Origin: an uncultured Gemmatimonadaceae bacterium
Lineage (GTDB): Bacteria > Gemmatimonadota > Gemmatimonadetes > Gemmatimonadales > GWC2-71-9
Length of the DNA: 64,000 bases
Reading direction: 5' to 3'
NCBI GenBank assembly: GCA_964642475.1
Contig: CAZXRC010000002.1
Coordinates: forward strand, 148,028 to 212,027
A program made the translations under genes and the position numbers. Under the pieces are notes generated by a model. The model saw nothing but the letters and a program-made list of their open reading frames with translations, was not told the origin of the DNA and did not search any database. Below are positions 45,443 through 55,430 of this stretch, piece after piece (position 1 is the stretch's first letter; every line of letters begins with the position of its first letter).

Positions 45443-46744
45443 ATGGTCAAGCGTAGAGACTTCGGTCGCGGATCCCACAGAAGAAAGGGCGGTACCCACG
45501 TGCGAAAGGTCCTGGCCCTGATCGGGACGCTGGTCGTCGGCTGGGGAAGCGACGGGCACGCACAGGTGGATTCGACTCTGGCGAGCCGGTATCACTCCGA
45601 GATCATGACGCTCTGCCAACGTGACGGCGGCCGGCTGTGGGGCGTGTCCCTCTGCGGACCGATCGCCTTCGGGGACGCTCGGACGAAGACGGTGTGGACC
45701 AGCGAACCGGCTCCGGCCGGCCCGCCACCCACGGCTATGGGATTCGCGAACACGGCGGTCGCCTGGGGTGGCCGGAAGTGGGTCCTGCTGGTGTGGAGCA
45801 TCGTACTGGCGCGTGAGGGCGACCGGGCGCGACTGCTGGCCCACGAGCTGTTTCACCGGGTCCAGGATTCGCTCGGGCTCATGACGCCCGATGGCCAGAA
45901 CGACCATCTCGATGAGCTGGAAGGACGCTACTATCTCCTGCTCGAGTGGCGTGCCCTGGCCGAGGCGGTTCAGGGGGCCGGTCCCGCTCGGCAGCGAGCG
46001 ATTGCCGACGCGCTCAGGTTCCGCCGGGCCCGACGCACCCGGTTCCCGGGGTCGGCGGAGCAGGAACGGCGCGAGGAGATTCGGGAGGGCCTGGCGCAGT
46101 ATACCGGGACGGTCATCGCCGCCGGGAGCGCCGAGGCGGTGCGGGAGGATGTCGGGCGACAACTGGCCTCGGCCGCCAAGGGCGAGTCGCTGGTGCGAAC
46201 CTTCGGGTATCCCTTGGGCGCCGCGTACGGCGTGCTGCTGGACGATCTGATGGATGGGTGGCGTCGCCGAATTACCGCGGACTCGGATCTCGGCGATCTC
46301 CTCCAGGCTGCGGTGGGCGGCGCGGAGAGTGACCTGGCGGCGGCGGAGCTGCGCTACGACGGCCCGTCGCTCCGCACCGCCGAGGAGGAGCGGGCGCGGG
46401 TTCGAGCGGCCCGGATCGCCGAACTTCGGCGGGAGCTGGTCGAGGGCCCGACCCTGCGCCTGCCGGCGGCGCCCGGGTCGTTCGCCACTGCCGGGGTGAC
46501 CCCCCTCCCGGGCATCGGGACCGTGTTCCCGTCGGTCCGGGTCACGGCGGGTTGGGGACAGTTGGTGGCCGAACGCGCGTTGCGAATCGGCAGCGAGTGG
46601 ATCGTGGTCGCGGCCCCGGTGCAGGTAGACTCCACCCGTTGGGATGGGCCGGGCTGGAGCCTGACGGTTTCCCCCGGGTGGAAGGTCCGACAACTGGGGG
46701 CGGGCGGCTTCGAGCTGGTGCGGACGGCGCAGGAAGAGCGATGA
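45443..46744 (+). CDS. hypothetical secreted protein with HExxH motif (putative zinc metallopeptidase)
   Basis: Signal-like RKVLALIGTLVVGWGSDGHAQ. HELFH at 45842-45856 (LLAHELFHRVQD). The start is uncertain (ATG 45443, GTG 45500, or in-frame ATG 45260). No family recognised. Confidence 0.6.
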   Translation: MVKRRDFGRGSHRRKGGTHVRKVLALIGTLVVGWGSDGHAQVDSTLASRYHSEIMTLCQRDGGRLWGVSLCGPIAFGDARTKTVWTSEPAPAGPPPTAMGFANTAVAWGGRKWVLLVWSIVLAREGDRARLLAHELFHRVQDSLGLMTPDGQNDHLDELEGRYYLLLEWRALAEAVQGAGPARQRAIADALRFRRARRTRFPGSAEQERREEIREGLAQYTGTVIAAGSAEAVREDVGRQLASAAKGESLVRTFGYPLGAAYGVLLDDLMDGWRRRITADSDLGDLLQAAVGGAESDLAAAELRYDGPSLRTAEEERARVRAARIAELRRELVEGPTLRLPAAPGSFATAGVTPLPGIGTVFPSVRVTAGWGQLVAERALRIGSEWIVVAAPVQVDSTRWDGPGWSLTVSPGWKVRQLGAGGFELVRTAQEER

Positions 46745-46754
46745 CAGCGGCGAG

Positions 46755-47099
46755 ATGATGAAACGACTGGACCCGATCGAGAAGAACCTGATTCGCGGCG
46801 CGGCGACGACGCTGATCCTGCTGGTGCTCAAGGACCGACCGACCCACGGGTACCAGATCGCCCAACGGATCAAGGCGCGGAGCGCTGACGCGTTCGATTT
46901 TCCGGAAGGGACGATCTACCCGCTCCTGTACGGGCTGGTGGACGGGGGACACATCGAAGGCGAGTGGCAGGAGGGGAACACCGGGCGTCAACGCAAGGTA
47001 TATCGGATCACGCCGGCCGGTCGCAAGGAGCTTGAGCGGCGACTGGGGGCGTGGGAGAAATACGCCAACGGTATGCGGGTGGCGCTTCGAGCGGTGTGA
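46755..47099 (+). CDS. PadR-family transcriptional regulator
   Basis: LILLVLKDRPTHGYQIAQRIK....FPEGTIYPLLYGLVDGGHIEGEW....RKVYRITPAGRKEL is the canonical PadR winged helix. Confidence 0.9.
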   Translation: MMKRLDPIEKNLIRGAATTLILLVLKDRPTHGYQIAQRIKARSADAFDFPEGTIYPLLYGLVDGGHIEGEWQEGNTGRQRKVYRITPAGRKELERRLGAWEKYANGMRVALRAV

Positions 47100-47183
47100 G
47101 ACGCTTGCGCGGGGGATGCCCGGCGAGGCGGCGGGTGGGTCGACATCCGGCGCGGGGTTCGTGGGTCCGACGGACGGATGGGG

Positions 47184-49952
47184 CTACCCCGTCGCGCCGA
47201 AGCCGGACGAAATGCAGTTGATCGAGAGCAGCAGCGAAGAGAGGTACTGCTGGCGTTCCTGCTCCCCGACCGAGGCCCGGAACCGGCGCAGCAGCTCCAC
47301 CTGCTGTCGGCTCACCTGGTTGATGGTCGGCAGGCGCCGGTACAACCGGCGGCGGAACCGGGGGAACCGCTCGGCGGGCACCGTGCTGCCGGTCACCCGG
47401 AGGACCGCCTCCACCGTGCGGGCGTATTCCTCTTTCACCTGCGCGAAGATCTCCTCGCGGAGCCGGACATCGGGCACCAGATCGGCGTACAGCCGGGCGA
47501 TGTCGAGGTCGACGTAGCAGAGCGTCTTGTCGACCTCGTCGATGACCAGCCGGAAGAGGCGCGAGTCGGTGTACATCCGCTGAATCAGCCGCTCCCCCCG
47601 TTCGCCCCGGACCTGGAGGAAGGTGAGCAGACCGCTGCCCACGCCGTACCAGCCGGTGATGAAGTGCCGGTTCTGGGACCAGGCAAAGACCCAGGGAATG
47701 GCGCGCAGGTCGGCCAGGGTGCGGGCCCCGGTCCGCCGGGCGGGCCGGGAGCCGATGTTGAGCAGCGTCAGCTCCTCCAACGGGCTCGCGGCGGCGAAAT
47801 AGCCGATCAGGTCGGGCTGCTCGACAAAGCGCCGGTAGGTCGCCTGGGCCGCCCCCGAGAGCGCCTCCATGGCCTCGTCGAACTCGCTGGTCGGCACCAG
47901 GGCGGCTTCCCGCTCCGAACGCAGGGTATGCTCGATCACGCCGGCCGTGAGGAGCTCGAGCTGGTACTGGGCGGTGCCGCGGTTGGCGTACTTGAAGGAC
48001 ACCACCTCGCCTTGCTCCGTCAGCCGCATCCGCCCGTGCACCGATCCGGCCGGCTGAGCGGCGATCGCGCGCCCGAGCGGCGCCCCGCCCCGGCTGACCG
48101 ACCCCCCGCGGCCGTGGAAGAAGGAGATCGGCACGCCCAGTTCCGCGCCCAGCCGGGTGAGCCGGGCCTGGGCCTTCGATAGCTCCCAGTTGCTGGAGAG
48201 GAAGCCCCCATCCTTGTTGCTGTCGGAGTACCCGATCATCACCTCCTGGGTACCGCCGAGGGCCCGCACCGAGCGGCGCACCACCGGAGTACTCAGGAGC
48301 TCCCGCATGATCGCCGGCGCGCGGTGCAGGTCGTCGATGGTCTCGAACAGCGGCACGATCGGTAGGGTACAGCACTCCAGCGCGGCCTCGTCGGCGAACA
48401 GGCCCGCCTCCTTGGCCAGCAGGTACGCGCCCAGAACGTCCGCCACCTCGCGGGTCATGCTCAGGACAAAGCTGCCGAACGCCTCGCGGTCGAGCTCGGC
48501 CCGCATCGCCCGCACCAGCCGGAACATCCCCATCGTCTCCTGCGCGTCCGGGGGGAGGCCCTCGAGCGGACGATCGCCTTGGCGGGGCCGGGCGAGCTCG
48601 GCCAGGAGCCAGCTCTTCCACTCCTCGGAATCGAGCGCCGGCGGCTCCCCCGGGTTCCCGGTGGAGACCCGCCAGAGCGCGACCAGCGCCTGGGCCAGGC
48701 GGGTGGAGTTTTCCCGCAGATCCAGCCGCACGGTACTGAAGCGGAACGCTTCGGCCTCACGCCGCACCGGTCTGACCAGCGTCGCCGCGAGCCGGGGGCT
48801 CCCACCCTGGGCCAGTCCCAGCTCCACGGTCCGCAGGTCGGCGAGCAGCTCCTCGGCGGTGGCGTACCCCTCGCCCGGCGGCGCGGCGCGGCCCCGCTCG
48901 GCATGCGCGATCGCACCGTGCAGCCGGGCCATCATGCAGGCGAGATAGTGCCGGAAGATCTCCCCCGGATTCCGCGCCACGATCGCGGCGCTGTCGGGCA
49001 CCTGCGCCAGGGCCCGTTCCAGTCCCTGGCGGAATGCCGATCCGGGATCGATCGCCCGTTCGGTGATACTCAGGGTGCGGAGCAGCTCCGTTAGGCGCTG
49101 GCGATAGCGATACAGGCTCGCCAGTCGGTTCTCGTGCAGCGTCCGGCGGGTGACGTCGTTGGTCACGAAGGGATTGCCGTCGCGGTCACCGCCGATCCAC
49201 GACCCGAACTGCAGGAAAGGCGGCAGCAGGAACCGCTCCCCGGGCCAGGTCTGGCTCAAGACCCGATCGAGCTTCTCCAGCGTCTCGGAGGTGGCCTCGA
49301 ACAGGCTTTCGCTGAAGAAGTGAAGCCCCCAGTATACCTCCTGCGGTACGGTGGGTTTCTCCAGCCGGAGCTCCCCCGTCATCCAGAGGAGCTCGATGTC
49401 GTTCTTGAGTCCGTCGATGATCTGGGTCCGTTCCCGAGGGGTCCAGCGGGGCGACTCCAGGTCCACCAGCCGGCGATAGATCCGGCGGTGCTTTTCGAGT
49501 ACCGTCACCCGCTTGGCTTCGGTGGGGTGGGCGGTGATGGTGGGCCGGATGCGGAGCTCGCCCAGGAGCTGGCGGACCTGCTCGGGGGTGACCTGGTCGC
49601 CCGCCGCGTCGTGCAGCACCTGCGCCAGGGTGCCCCGGACCTGCTCGGGGCCCCGCTCGGTCTCGGTCTGCCGCCGGCGCCGCATCCCGGCGTTCTGCTC
49701 CGCGATGGAGAGGAGCTGGAACCAGATTCCCTGGGCCCGGAGCCCGGCCTCGAGCCGATCGGGGGAGGCCAGGTCCGGCTCCCCGCCCCGCAGCACCGCT
49801 TCCAGCCCCGGCTGCCGGGTTCGCACCACATCGACCAGCAGCCCGAACAGGAGCTCGGCCACCTCACTGGCGTAATGGGCCGCTTCCGCCGCCAGCGGGT
49901 CGGCCGAGGCCGGCAGCGTCTCGGGGAACGGACGGGCGCTCTCCTGGGTCAC
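47184..49952 (-). CDS. ppc: phosphoenolpyruvate carboxylase
   Basis: TAHPTEAKR, GYSDSNKDGG and FHGRGGSVSRGGAP, with a C-terminus ..FGATG. The start is placed at GTG 49952 (GTGA overlap with the hprA stop). The track ORF's upstream 188 codons overlap hprA. Confidence 0.93.
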   Translation of the reverse strand: MTQESARPFPETLPASADPLAAEAAHYASEVAELLFGLLVDVVRTRQPGLEAVLRGGEPDLASPDRLEAGLRAQGIWFQLLSIAEQNAGMRRRRQTETERGPEQVRGTLAQVLHDAAGDQVTPEQVRQLLGELRIRPTITAHPTEAKRVTVLEKHRRIYRRLVDLESPRWTPRERTQIIDGLKNDIELLWMTGELRLEKPTVPQEVYWGLHFFSESLFEATSETLEKLDRVLSQTWPGERFLLPPFLQFGSWIGGDRDGNPFVTNDVTRRTLHENRLASLYRYRQRLTELLRTLSITERAIDPGSAFRQGLERALAQVPDSAAIVARNPGEIFRHYLACMMARLHGAIAHAERGRAAPPGEGYATAEELLADLRTVELGLAQGGSPRLAATLVRPVRREAEAFRFSTVRLDLRENSTRLAQALVALWRVSTGNPGEPPALDSEEWKSWLLAELARPRQGDRPLEGLPPDAQETMGMFRLVRAMRAELDREAFGSFVLSMTREVADVLGAYLLAKEAGLFADEAALECCTLPIVPLFETIDDLHRAPAIMRELLSTPVVRRSVRALGGTQEVMIGYSDSNKDGGFLSSNWELSKAQARLTRLGAELGVPISFFHGRGGSVSRGGAPLGRAIAAQPAGSVHGRMRLTEQGEVVSFKYANRGTAQYQLELLTAGVIEHTLRSEREAALVPTSEFDEAMEALSGAAQATYRRFVEQPDLIGYFAAASPLEELTLLNIGSRPARRTGARTLADLRAIPWVFAWSQNRHFITGWYGVGSGLLTFLQVRGERGERLIQRMYTDSRLFRLVIDEVDKTLCYVDLDIARLYADLVPDVRLREEIFAQVKEEYARTVEAVLRVTGSTVPAERFPRFRRRLYRRLPTINQVSRQQVELLRRFRASVGEQERQQYLSSLLLSINCISSGFGATG

Positions 49953-50923
49953 GCGACGCGATCGCGAACCGGTTTGCCGGCGAAGAACAGGGTGAGGTTC
50001 TCGATCGCGCGCATCCCCATCGCCACCCGGGTCTCGAGCGTGGCGCTGCCGAGGTGGGGGAGAAGGGTGACATTGTCCATGGTCAGCAGCTCGGGCGTCA
50101 CCTGCGGCTCCTTCTCGAACACGTCGAGCCCCGCCCCGGCGATGGTGCCGGCCTTGAGCTCGGCGACCAGCGCCGCCTCGTCCACCACATCGCCCCGGGC
50201 GGTGTTGATCAGGAAGGCGTGCTTCTGCATCTGCCGCAGTCTGGTCGCGTCGATCAGGTGACGGGTTTCGGGCGTGGCCGGGCAATGGAGGGACACGAAG
50301 TCCGACTCCGCCAGCACCTGGTCGATCGAGTCGCGGGGCTCCGCGCCCAGCGCCCTCGCCTCCTCCGGCCGAGGCGGGTAGGGGTCGTGGAAGATCACCT
50401 TCATTCCGAAGCCGTGATGCGCCCGGCGCGCCACCGCCCGGGCGATCCGGCCAAACCCCACCAGCCCGAGGGTCTTGCCGGTCACCTTGGCGCCCAGCAT
50501 GTGGGTGGGCCGCCACCCGGTCCAGGCCTTCTGGCGGACGTGGCGGTCACCCTCGGCCGCCCGACGAGCGACCATGAGCAGCAGCGTCATCCCGATGTCG
50601 GCGGTGTCGTCGGTCAGGACGTCGGGGGTGTTGGTGACGGTCAGGCCGCGGGTCCTGGCGGCATCGATGTCGATGTTGTTGAAGCCTACCCCGAAGTTGG
50701 CGATGATCTTCGCCCGAAGCGGCTCGGCCGCCAGCACCGCGGCCGTCACCTTGTCGGTGACGGTGGGCAGCAACCCATCCGCGCCGCGGAGCGCGTCCTG
50801 AAGCCGGTCGGCGGTGAGCGGCGCGTCGTCGTGGTTGAGTACCGCGTCGAAGCGCCGGCTCGCCTCGGCTTCGCAGGCCGCGGGGATCTTCCGGGTGATG
50901 ACCACCCGGGGTTTCGCGCTCAT
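49949..50923 (-). CDS. hprA: D-2-hydroxyacid dehydrogenase (hydroxypyruvate/glyoxylate reductase)
   Basis: GKTLGLVGFGRIARAVARRA (NAD fold), LINTARGDVVDE and PHLGSAT. 324 aa from ATG 50923 (ATGA overlap with the upstream stop). Confidence 0.88.
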   Translation of the reverse strand: MSAKPRVVITRKIPAACEAEASRRFDAVLNHDDAPLTADRLQDALRGADGLLPTVTDKVTAAVLAAEPLRAKIIANFGVGFNNIDIDAARTRGLTVTNTPDVLTDDTADIGMTLLLMVARRAAEGDRHVRQKAWTGWRPTHMLGAKVTGKTLGLVGFGRIARAVARRAHHGFGMKVIFHDPYPPRPEEARALGAEPRDSIDQVLAESDFVSLHCPATPETRHLIDATRLRQMQKHAFLINTARGDVVDEAALVAELKAGTIAGAGLDVFEKEPQVTPELLTMDNVTLLPHLGSATLETRVAMGMRAIENLTLFFAGKPVRDRVA

Positions 50924-51834
50924 CGGGTCACCAGTCGCTTCTTGGGCGGCCGCTTGGCCAGCGCCTCCTGCACCGCCTTCCCCAGCTCCGCCGGGCTCGG
51001 CGCCACCGTCAGACCCAGCGACCGCATGATCTCGGCCTTCTCCGCCGCGGTGTCGCCGAAGGCGGAGATAATGGCGCCGGCATGCCCCATCCGTCGCCCC
51101 TTGGGAGCGGTGAGACCGGCCACGTAGCCGATGACCGGCTTGCTCATGTGCTCCTTGACCCACATCGCGGCCTCGGCCTCCTGGGGCCCGCCGATTTCGC
51201 CGATCATCATGACCGCCTCGGTCTCGGGGTCCTGCTCGAAGAGGCTCAGGATATCGAGGAAGCTCGAGCCGTTCACCGGGTCGCCCCCGATGCCGATGCT
51301 GCTGGAGACCCCGATCCCCAGCTCCTTCATCTGGGAGGCGGCCTCGTACCCCAGGGTGCCGGAGCGGGTCACCAAGCCCACCGAGCCCGGCTTGTAGATA
51401 TGGCCCGGCATGATACCGAGCATGCACTTGCCCGGGCTGATCAGGCCGGCGCAATTGGGGCCGATGAGGGTGGTGCGCCGCTCCTTGGGATAGCGCCGGA
51501 GGTAGCGCTTCACCACCATCATGTCCTGCGCCGGGATGCCGTCGGTGATGCAACAGACCAGCTTGATACCGGCATCGGCCGCTTCCATGATGGCGTCGGC
51601 GCAGAACGCCGCCGGCACGAAGATGATACTGGCGTCGGGGTAGACCCCCTCGACCGCGTCTTTCACCGTGTTGAAGACCGGCAGCCCCATGTGGGTCTGG
51701 CCGCCTTTGCCCGGGGTGACGCCGCCCACGACCTTGGAGCCGTACTCCACCATCTTCTGGGCGTGGAAGGTGGCCTTGTCGCCGGTGAAGCCCTGGACCA
51801 GGACCCGGGTCAGTTCGTTGATGAGGATTGCCAT
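50920..51834 (-). CDS. mtkB: succinyl-CoA-synthetase-alpha-type CoA ligase subunit; by context malate thiokinase small subunit
   Basis: VLVQGFTGDKATFHAQKMVEYGSKVVGGVTPGKGG and MGHAGAII (phospho-His loop). Start moved to ATG 51834. Confidence 0.85.
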   Translation of the reverse strand: MAILINELTRVLVQGFTGDKATFHAQKMVEYGSKVVGGVTPGKGGQTHMGLPVFNTVKDAVEGVYPDASIIFVPAAFCADAIMEAADAGIKLVCCITDGIPAQDMMVVKRYLRRYPKERRTTLIGPNCAGLISPGKCMLGIMPGHIYKPGSVGLVTRSGTLGYEAASQMKELGIGVSSSIGIGGDPVNGSSFLDILSLFEQDPETEAVMMIGEIGGPQEAEAAMWVKEHMSKPVIGYVAGLTAPKGRRMGHAGAIISAFGDTAAEKAEIMRSLGLTVAPSPAELGKAVQEALAKRPPKKRLVTR

Positions 51835-51836
51835 GG

Positions 51837-53012
51837 TCAGTTCCCTTTCGCCTTCTTCCACGCGGCCACGACCTTGTCGGCGGCGTCGGCCAGACTGTCG
51901 GCCTGGATCAGGTTGAGCCCCGATTGGTCCAGGATCCTGCGGCCTTCCTCCACGTTGGTGCCGGCGAGGCGCACCACCAGGGGGACGTTGACCCCAACCT
52001 CCTTCACCGCCTGCACCACCCCCTTGGCCACCCAGTCGCAGCGATTGATGCCCGCGAAGATGTTGACCAGCATGGCCCCGACCTTCCGGTCCTGCAGCAC
52101 CAGCTTGAAGGCCATGGCCACCCGTTCGGGCGAGGCGCCACCCCCCACGTCCAGGAAGTTGGCCGGCGAGCCGCCGGCATGTTTGATCATGTCCATCGTC
52201 GCCATGGCGAGACCGGCGCCATTGATGATGCAGCCGATCTCGCCGTCCAGCGCCACGTAGTTGAGTCCGTGCTCGCCGGCCTGCGCTTCGCGCGGGTCCT
52301 CCTCCGCGTGATCGCGGAGCTCGGCCACCGTGGGCCGGCGGAAGAGGGCGTTGTCGTCGAACCCCATCTTGGCATCGAGCGCCAGCAGCTGGCCGTCCCG
52401 GGTGACCACCAGCGGGTTGATCTCGACCATGGTGGCGTCGAGGTCGCGGAAGGCGCGGTGGCAGCCCAGGAGGATGGTGACCATGCGGTTGATCAGCGGG
52501 CCCGGGAGGCCCAGGCCAAAGGCGATTTCGCGGGCCTGGAACGACTGCATGCCCACGGCCGGCTCCATGACCTGCCGGAGAATGGTCTCGGGCTCGCGCT
52601 GGGCGATCTCCTCGATCTCCACGCCCCCGTGGGGGTGAGCCACCAGCATGATCCGCTCGGTCTTCCGGTCCAGCACGAAGCCGATGTAGAGCTCGCGCTC
52701 GATCGGCACCGCGGCCTCGACATAGAGCCGGTGGACCACCTTCCCCTCGGGACCGGTCTGGTGGGTCACCAGCCGCTTGCCGAGCAGCTCGGTGGCGGCC
52801 TTGCGCACCTCGTCTTCGGTGGTGCAGAGCTTGATGCCGCCGGCCTTGCCGCGGGCGCCGGAGTGGATCTGGGCCTTCACCGCCCAGCGGGCCCCGCCGA
52901 TCTCGGCGGCCCGGTACACCGCCTGCTCGGCGCTGTACGCGACCCCGCCCCGGGGAACCGCGACACCGAAGTTGGCGAGGAGTTCCTTCGCCTGGTATTC
53001 GTGGATGTCCAT
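51837..53012 (-). CDS. mtkA: succinyl-CoA-synthetase-beta-type (ATP-grasp) subunit; by context malate thiokinase large subunit
   Basis: [22 protein letters not shown].., [16 protein letters not shown] and [10 protein letters not shown]. The stop is 2 nt from the mtkB start. Confidence 0.85.
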   Translation of the reverse strand: MDIHEYQAKELLANFGVAVPRGGVAYSAEQAVYRAAEIGGARWAVKAQIHSGARGKAGGIKLCTTEDEVRKAATELLGKRLVTHQTGPEGKVVHRLYVEAAVPIERELYIGFVLDRKTERIMLVAHPHGGVEIEEIAQREPETILRQVMEPAVGMQSFQAREIAFGLGLPGPLINRMVTILLGCHRAFRDLDATMVEINPLVVTRDGQLLALDAKMGFDDNALFRRPTVAELRDHAEEDPREAQAGEHGLNYVALDGEIGCIINGAGLAMATMDMIKHAGGSPANFLDVGGGASPERVAMAFKLVLQDRKVGAMLVNIFAGINRCDWVAKGVVQAVKEVGVNVPLVVRLAGTNVEEGRRILDQSGLNLIQADSLADAADKVVAAWKKAKGN

Positions 53013-53054
53013 ATTCGCTCCGTGAAGTCCGTCGTCTCGAGCGCAGGGCCTATC

Positions 53055-53126
53055 TCATCCCGAGCGCAGCGAGGGATCTACTCAGGGCCGGCTAGATCCC
53101 TCGGGCGCTCCGTGCCCTCGGGATGA
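53055..53126. repeat. two-tier palindromic (REP-like) element between mcl and mtkA
   Basis: Outer stem TCATCCCGAG (53055-53064) / CTCGGGATGA (53117-53126). Inner stem CGAGGGATCTA (53070-53080) / TAGATCCCTCG (53093-53103). Both are perfect, with an asymmetric internal loop. Confidence 0.75.
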
Positions 53127-53138
53127 CATCGTTTCGAT

Positions 53139-54080
53139 TCACCTCTTCTTCCCGATCGCCGCCGCCATCTCCATCACCACATTCGCCATCCGGGCGCTGG
53201 CCGCGTCGATCATCCTGCCATCGAGCTGGGCCGCGCCCTTCCCTTCCCGCGCCGCCTGGTCCAGGGCCTCGAGGATCCGCCGGGCCCGGTTGACCTCGGC
53301 CTCGGGCGGCGAGAAGACCTGGTTGGCGAGCTCGATCTGGGACGGATGGATGGCCCACTTCCCCTCGATGCCGAGCGCGGCGCCACGGCGGGCCGCGGCG
53401 AGGAAGGCCTCGGGATCCTTGAAGTCGCCGAAGGGACCGTCGATGGGCCGCAGACCGTAGGCCCGGCAGGCCACGATCATCCGGGTGAGCGAGGCATGCC
53501 ACTGGTCGCCCGGGTAATCGGGGTTGAGCCCGCCGATCGAGACCGTGCGGGCCCGCATGCTGGCGGCGTAGTCGGCCACGCCGAAGTGCATCGCCTCGAG
53601 CCGCTTCGAGCTGGTGGCGATGGCCTCGACGTTGGCCATGCCGAGCGCGGTCTCGATCAGCACGTCGATGCCGATCCGGTGGCCCAGCCCCTTCGCGGCC
53701 TCGATCTGGGTCAGCAGCGCGTCGGTGAGATAGACGTCGGCCGGGACCCCGACCTTGGGGACCAGGACCACGTCCAGCCGGTCGCCGGCCTGCTCCACCA
53801 CGTCCACCATGTCGCGGTAGTAGTAGTGGGTGTCGATGCCGTTCACCCGGACACAGACCGTCTTCCCGTGGCCCCGCCAGTCGTACTGCTTCAGAGCCTG
53901 AATCACGTTGATCCGGGCCTGCTCCTTGTCGGCCGGGGCCACGGCGTCTTCGAGATCGAGAAAGACATAGTCGGCGGCGCTGGTGAGCGCCTTCTCGAAC
54001 ATGGCCGGGTTGGAGCCGGGCACGGCCAGCTCGCTCCGCTGCAGCCGCGGGCGCGCCGGTTCGTAACGGGTGTGACTCAC
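53139..54080 (-). CDS. mcl: L-malyl-CoA lyase (HpcH/CitE-like aldolase family)
   Basis: RSELAVPGSNP, FLDLEDAVAPADKEQAR, LIETALGMANVEAIATSSKRLEAMHFGVADYAASMRAR, ACRAYGLRPIDGPFGDFKDP and GKWAIHPSQIELANQVFSP match methylotroph MclA almost motif for motif (from memory). GTG start 54080. Confidence 0.9.
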   Translation of the reverse strand: MSHTRYEPARPRLQRSELAVPGSNPAMFEKALTSAADYVFLDLEDAVAPADKEQARINVIQALKQYDWRGHGKTVCVRVNGIDTHYYYRDMVDVVEQAGDRLDVVLVPKVGVPADVYLTDALLTQIEAAKGLGHRIGIDVLIETALGMANVEAIATSSKRLEAMHFGVADYAASMRARTVSIGGLNPDYPGDQWHASLTRMIVACRAYGLRPIDGPFGDFKDPEAFLAAARRGAALGIEGKWAIHPSQIELANQVFSPPEAEVNRARRILEALDQAAREGKGAAQLDGRMIDAASARMANVVMEMAAAIGKKR

Positions 54081-55315
54081 GCGACCCCCGCCGGCTGCTT
54101 GGCCACGGCGGCCTCCGCGGGCCCGCCGGTGCGTCTGGCGGGGAGCGGCTGCTGGGTCTCAAGCCAGTAGTGCTGGGCCGCGGCCACGCCGGCGCCGAGC
54201 TCGATCTTGATGCCCACATCGCGCATCGCCATCTCGCTCCCGGCAAGGCCGGCGAGAAGGGTGATCTCGTTGAGATCGCCCAGATGGCCGATCCGGAAGA
54301 GCTTGCCCGCTACCTTGTTGAGCCCCGCGCCGAGGGCGAAGTTGTAGCGGCGGTAGGCCACGTCGATCACGTCGGCGCCGTTGAAACCGGCCGGCACCAT
54401 GATGGCGCTGACGGTGTCGGAGTACCACTTGGGCGCCCGCGCGCACAGGGTGAGTCCCCACGCCGCCACCGCCCGCCGGCAGCCCTCGGCCAGGCGGTGA
54501 TGCCGGGCAAAGACGTTTTCCAGCCCCTCTTCCAGCAACATGGTCAACGCCTCCCGCAACCCGTAGAGCATCGGGATCGAGGGGGTGTACGGGAAGTACC
54601 CGGTCCCGTTGGCCTTGATCATGTCCTCGTAGCTCCAGTAGCAGCGCGGGAGCCTGGCGGTCTTGCCCGCCTCGAGGGCGCGCCGGCTGACGCAGACGAT
54701 GCCGGCCCCCGCCGGAAGCATGAAGCCCTTCTGCGACCCAGTCACCACCACGTCGACCTTCCACTCATCCATCCGGAAGTCGATGCTGGCGAGACCCGAC
54801 ACACTGTCGACGAAGAGGAGGGCCGGGTGCTTCGCGGCGTCGATGGCCTTGCGCACCGCGCCGATGTCGCTGGTGACCCCGGTGGCGGTCTCGTTGTGGA
54901 CCACGCAGACCGCCTTGTAGGCGTGCGCGGTGTCCTGACTCAGGATCTCGTGGATCCGCTCCGGGGGAGCGCCCTCGCCCCATTCGACGTCGATGGCGGT
55001 GACATCGAGGCCGAGCCGCTGCATCATGTCGATCCAGAGATGGCTGAACTGGCCGTAGCGGAAGGAGAGCACCTTGTCGCCGGGCGACAGGGTGTTCACC
55101 AGGGCCGATTCCCAGCCACCGGTGCCGGTGCCGGGGAAGACGAAGGGGGTTCCCCCCTCGGTCTTGAAGACCTTGCGGAGATCCCGGAAGATCGGGTTCG
55201 TCAACTCGGGAAAGGACGAAGACCGGTGGTCCTCCATCGGCACGTGCATCGCGCGGAGGATGCGGTCAGGCGAGTTGGTGGGTCCGGGGACGAAAAGAAA
55301 GTTGCGGCCTGGCAT
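54077..55315 (-). CDS. sga: serine--glyoxylate aminotransferase (class V aminotransferase)
   Basis: GRNFLFVPGPTN, FGQFSHLWIDM-type region (YGQFSHLWIDMMQRLGL), VVHNETATGVTSDIGAVRKAIDAAKHPALLFVD, GSQKGFMLPAG and FRIGHLGDLNE closely resemble SgaA as I remember it. Start moved to ATG 55315. Confidence 0.9.
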   Translation of the reverse strand: MPGRNFLFVPGPTNSPDRILRAMHVPMEDHRSSSFPELTNPIFRDLRKVFKTEGGTPFVFPGTGTGGWESALVNTLSPGDKVLSFRYGQFSHLWIDMMQRLGLDVTAIDVEWGEGAPPERIHEILSQDTAHAYKAVCVVHNETATGVTSDIGAVRKAIDAAKHPALLFVDSVSGLASIDFRMDEWKVDVVVTGSQKGFMLPAGAGIVCVSRRALEAGKTARLPRCYWSYEDMIKANGTGYFPYTPSIPMLYGLREALTMLLEEGLENVFARHHRLAEGCRRAVAAWGLTLCARAPKWYSDTVSAIMVPAGFNGADVIDVAYRRYNFALGAGLNKVAGKLFRIGHLGDLNEITLLAGLAGSEMAMRDVGIKIELGAGVAAAQHYWLETQQPLPARRTGGPAEAAVAKQPAGVA

Positions 55316-55430
55316 GACGCGATCCTCGTGCTGGAGAGTCAGTCTGCGGAAGCTCCGGGCTCCCGCGCGAATGCGTGCGGCGGGCTGTATGTTCATACCG
55401 CGCCAGCCGCGAACCTCTACCGGTACTGCG

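Noticed and set aside
47184-50516. The 1110-aa version of the PEP carboxylase ORF, and the 534-aa version of the hprA ORF (49949-51553).
   Set aside because: The N-terminal extensions overlap the upstream genes in another frame and are low-complexity. GTG 49952 and ATG 50923 give normal-length proteins and the 4-nt stop-start overlaps typical of this window.
50920-53012. Annotating the two CoA-ligase subunits as housekeeping succinyl-CoA synthetase (sucCD).
   Set aside because: This is not fully excluded, because the sequences alone look SucCD-like. They are embedded between mcl and hprA/ppc in the order seen in methylotroph mtkAB-ppc-mcl clusters, so malate thiokinase is the better contextual call.
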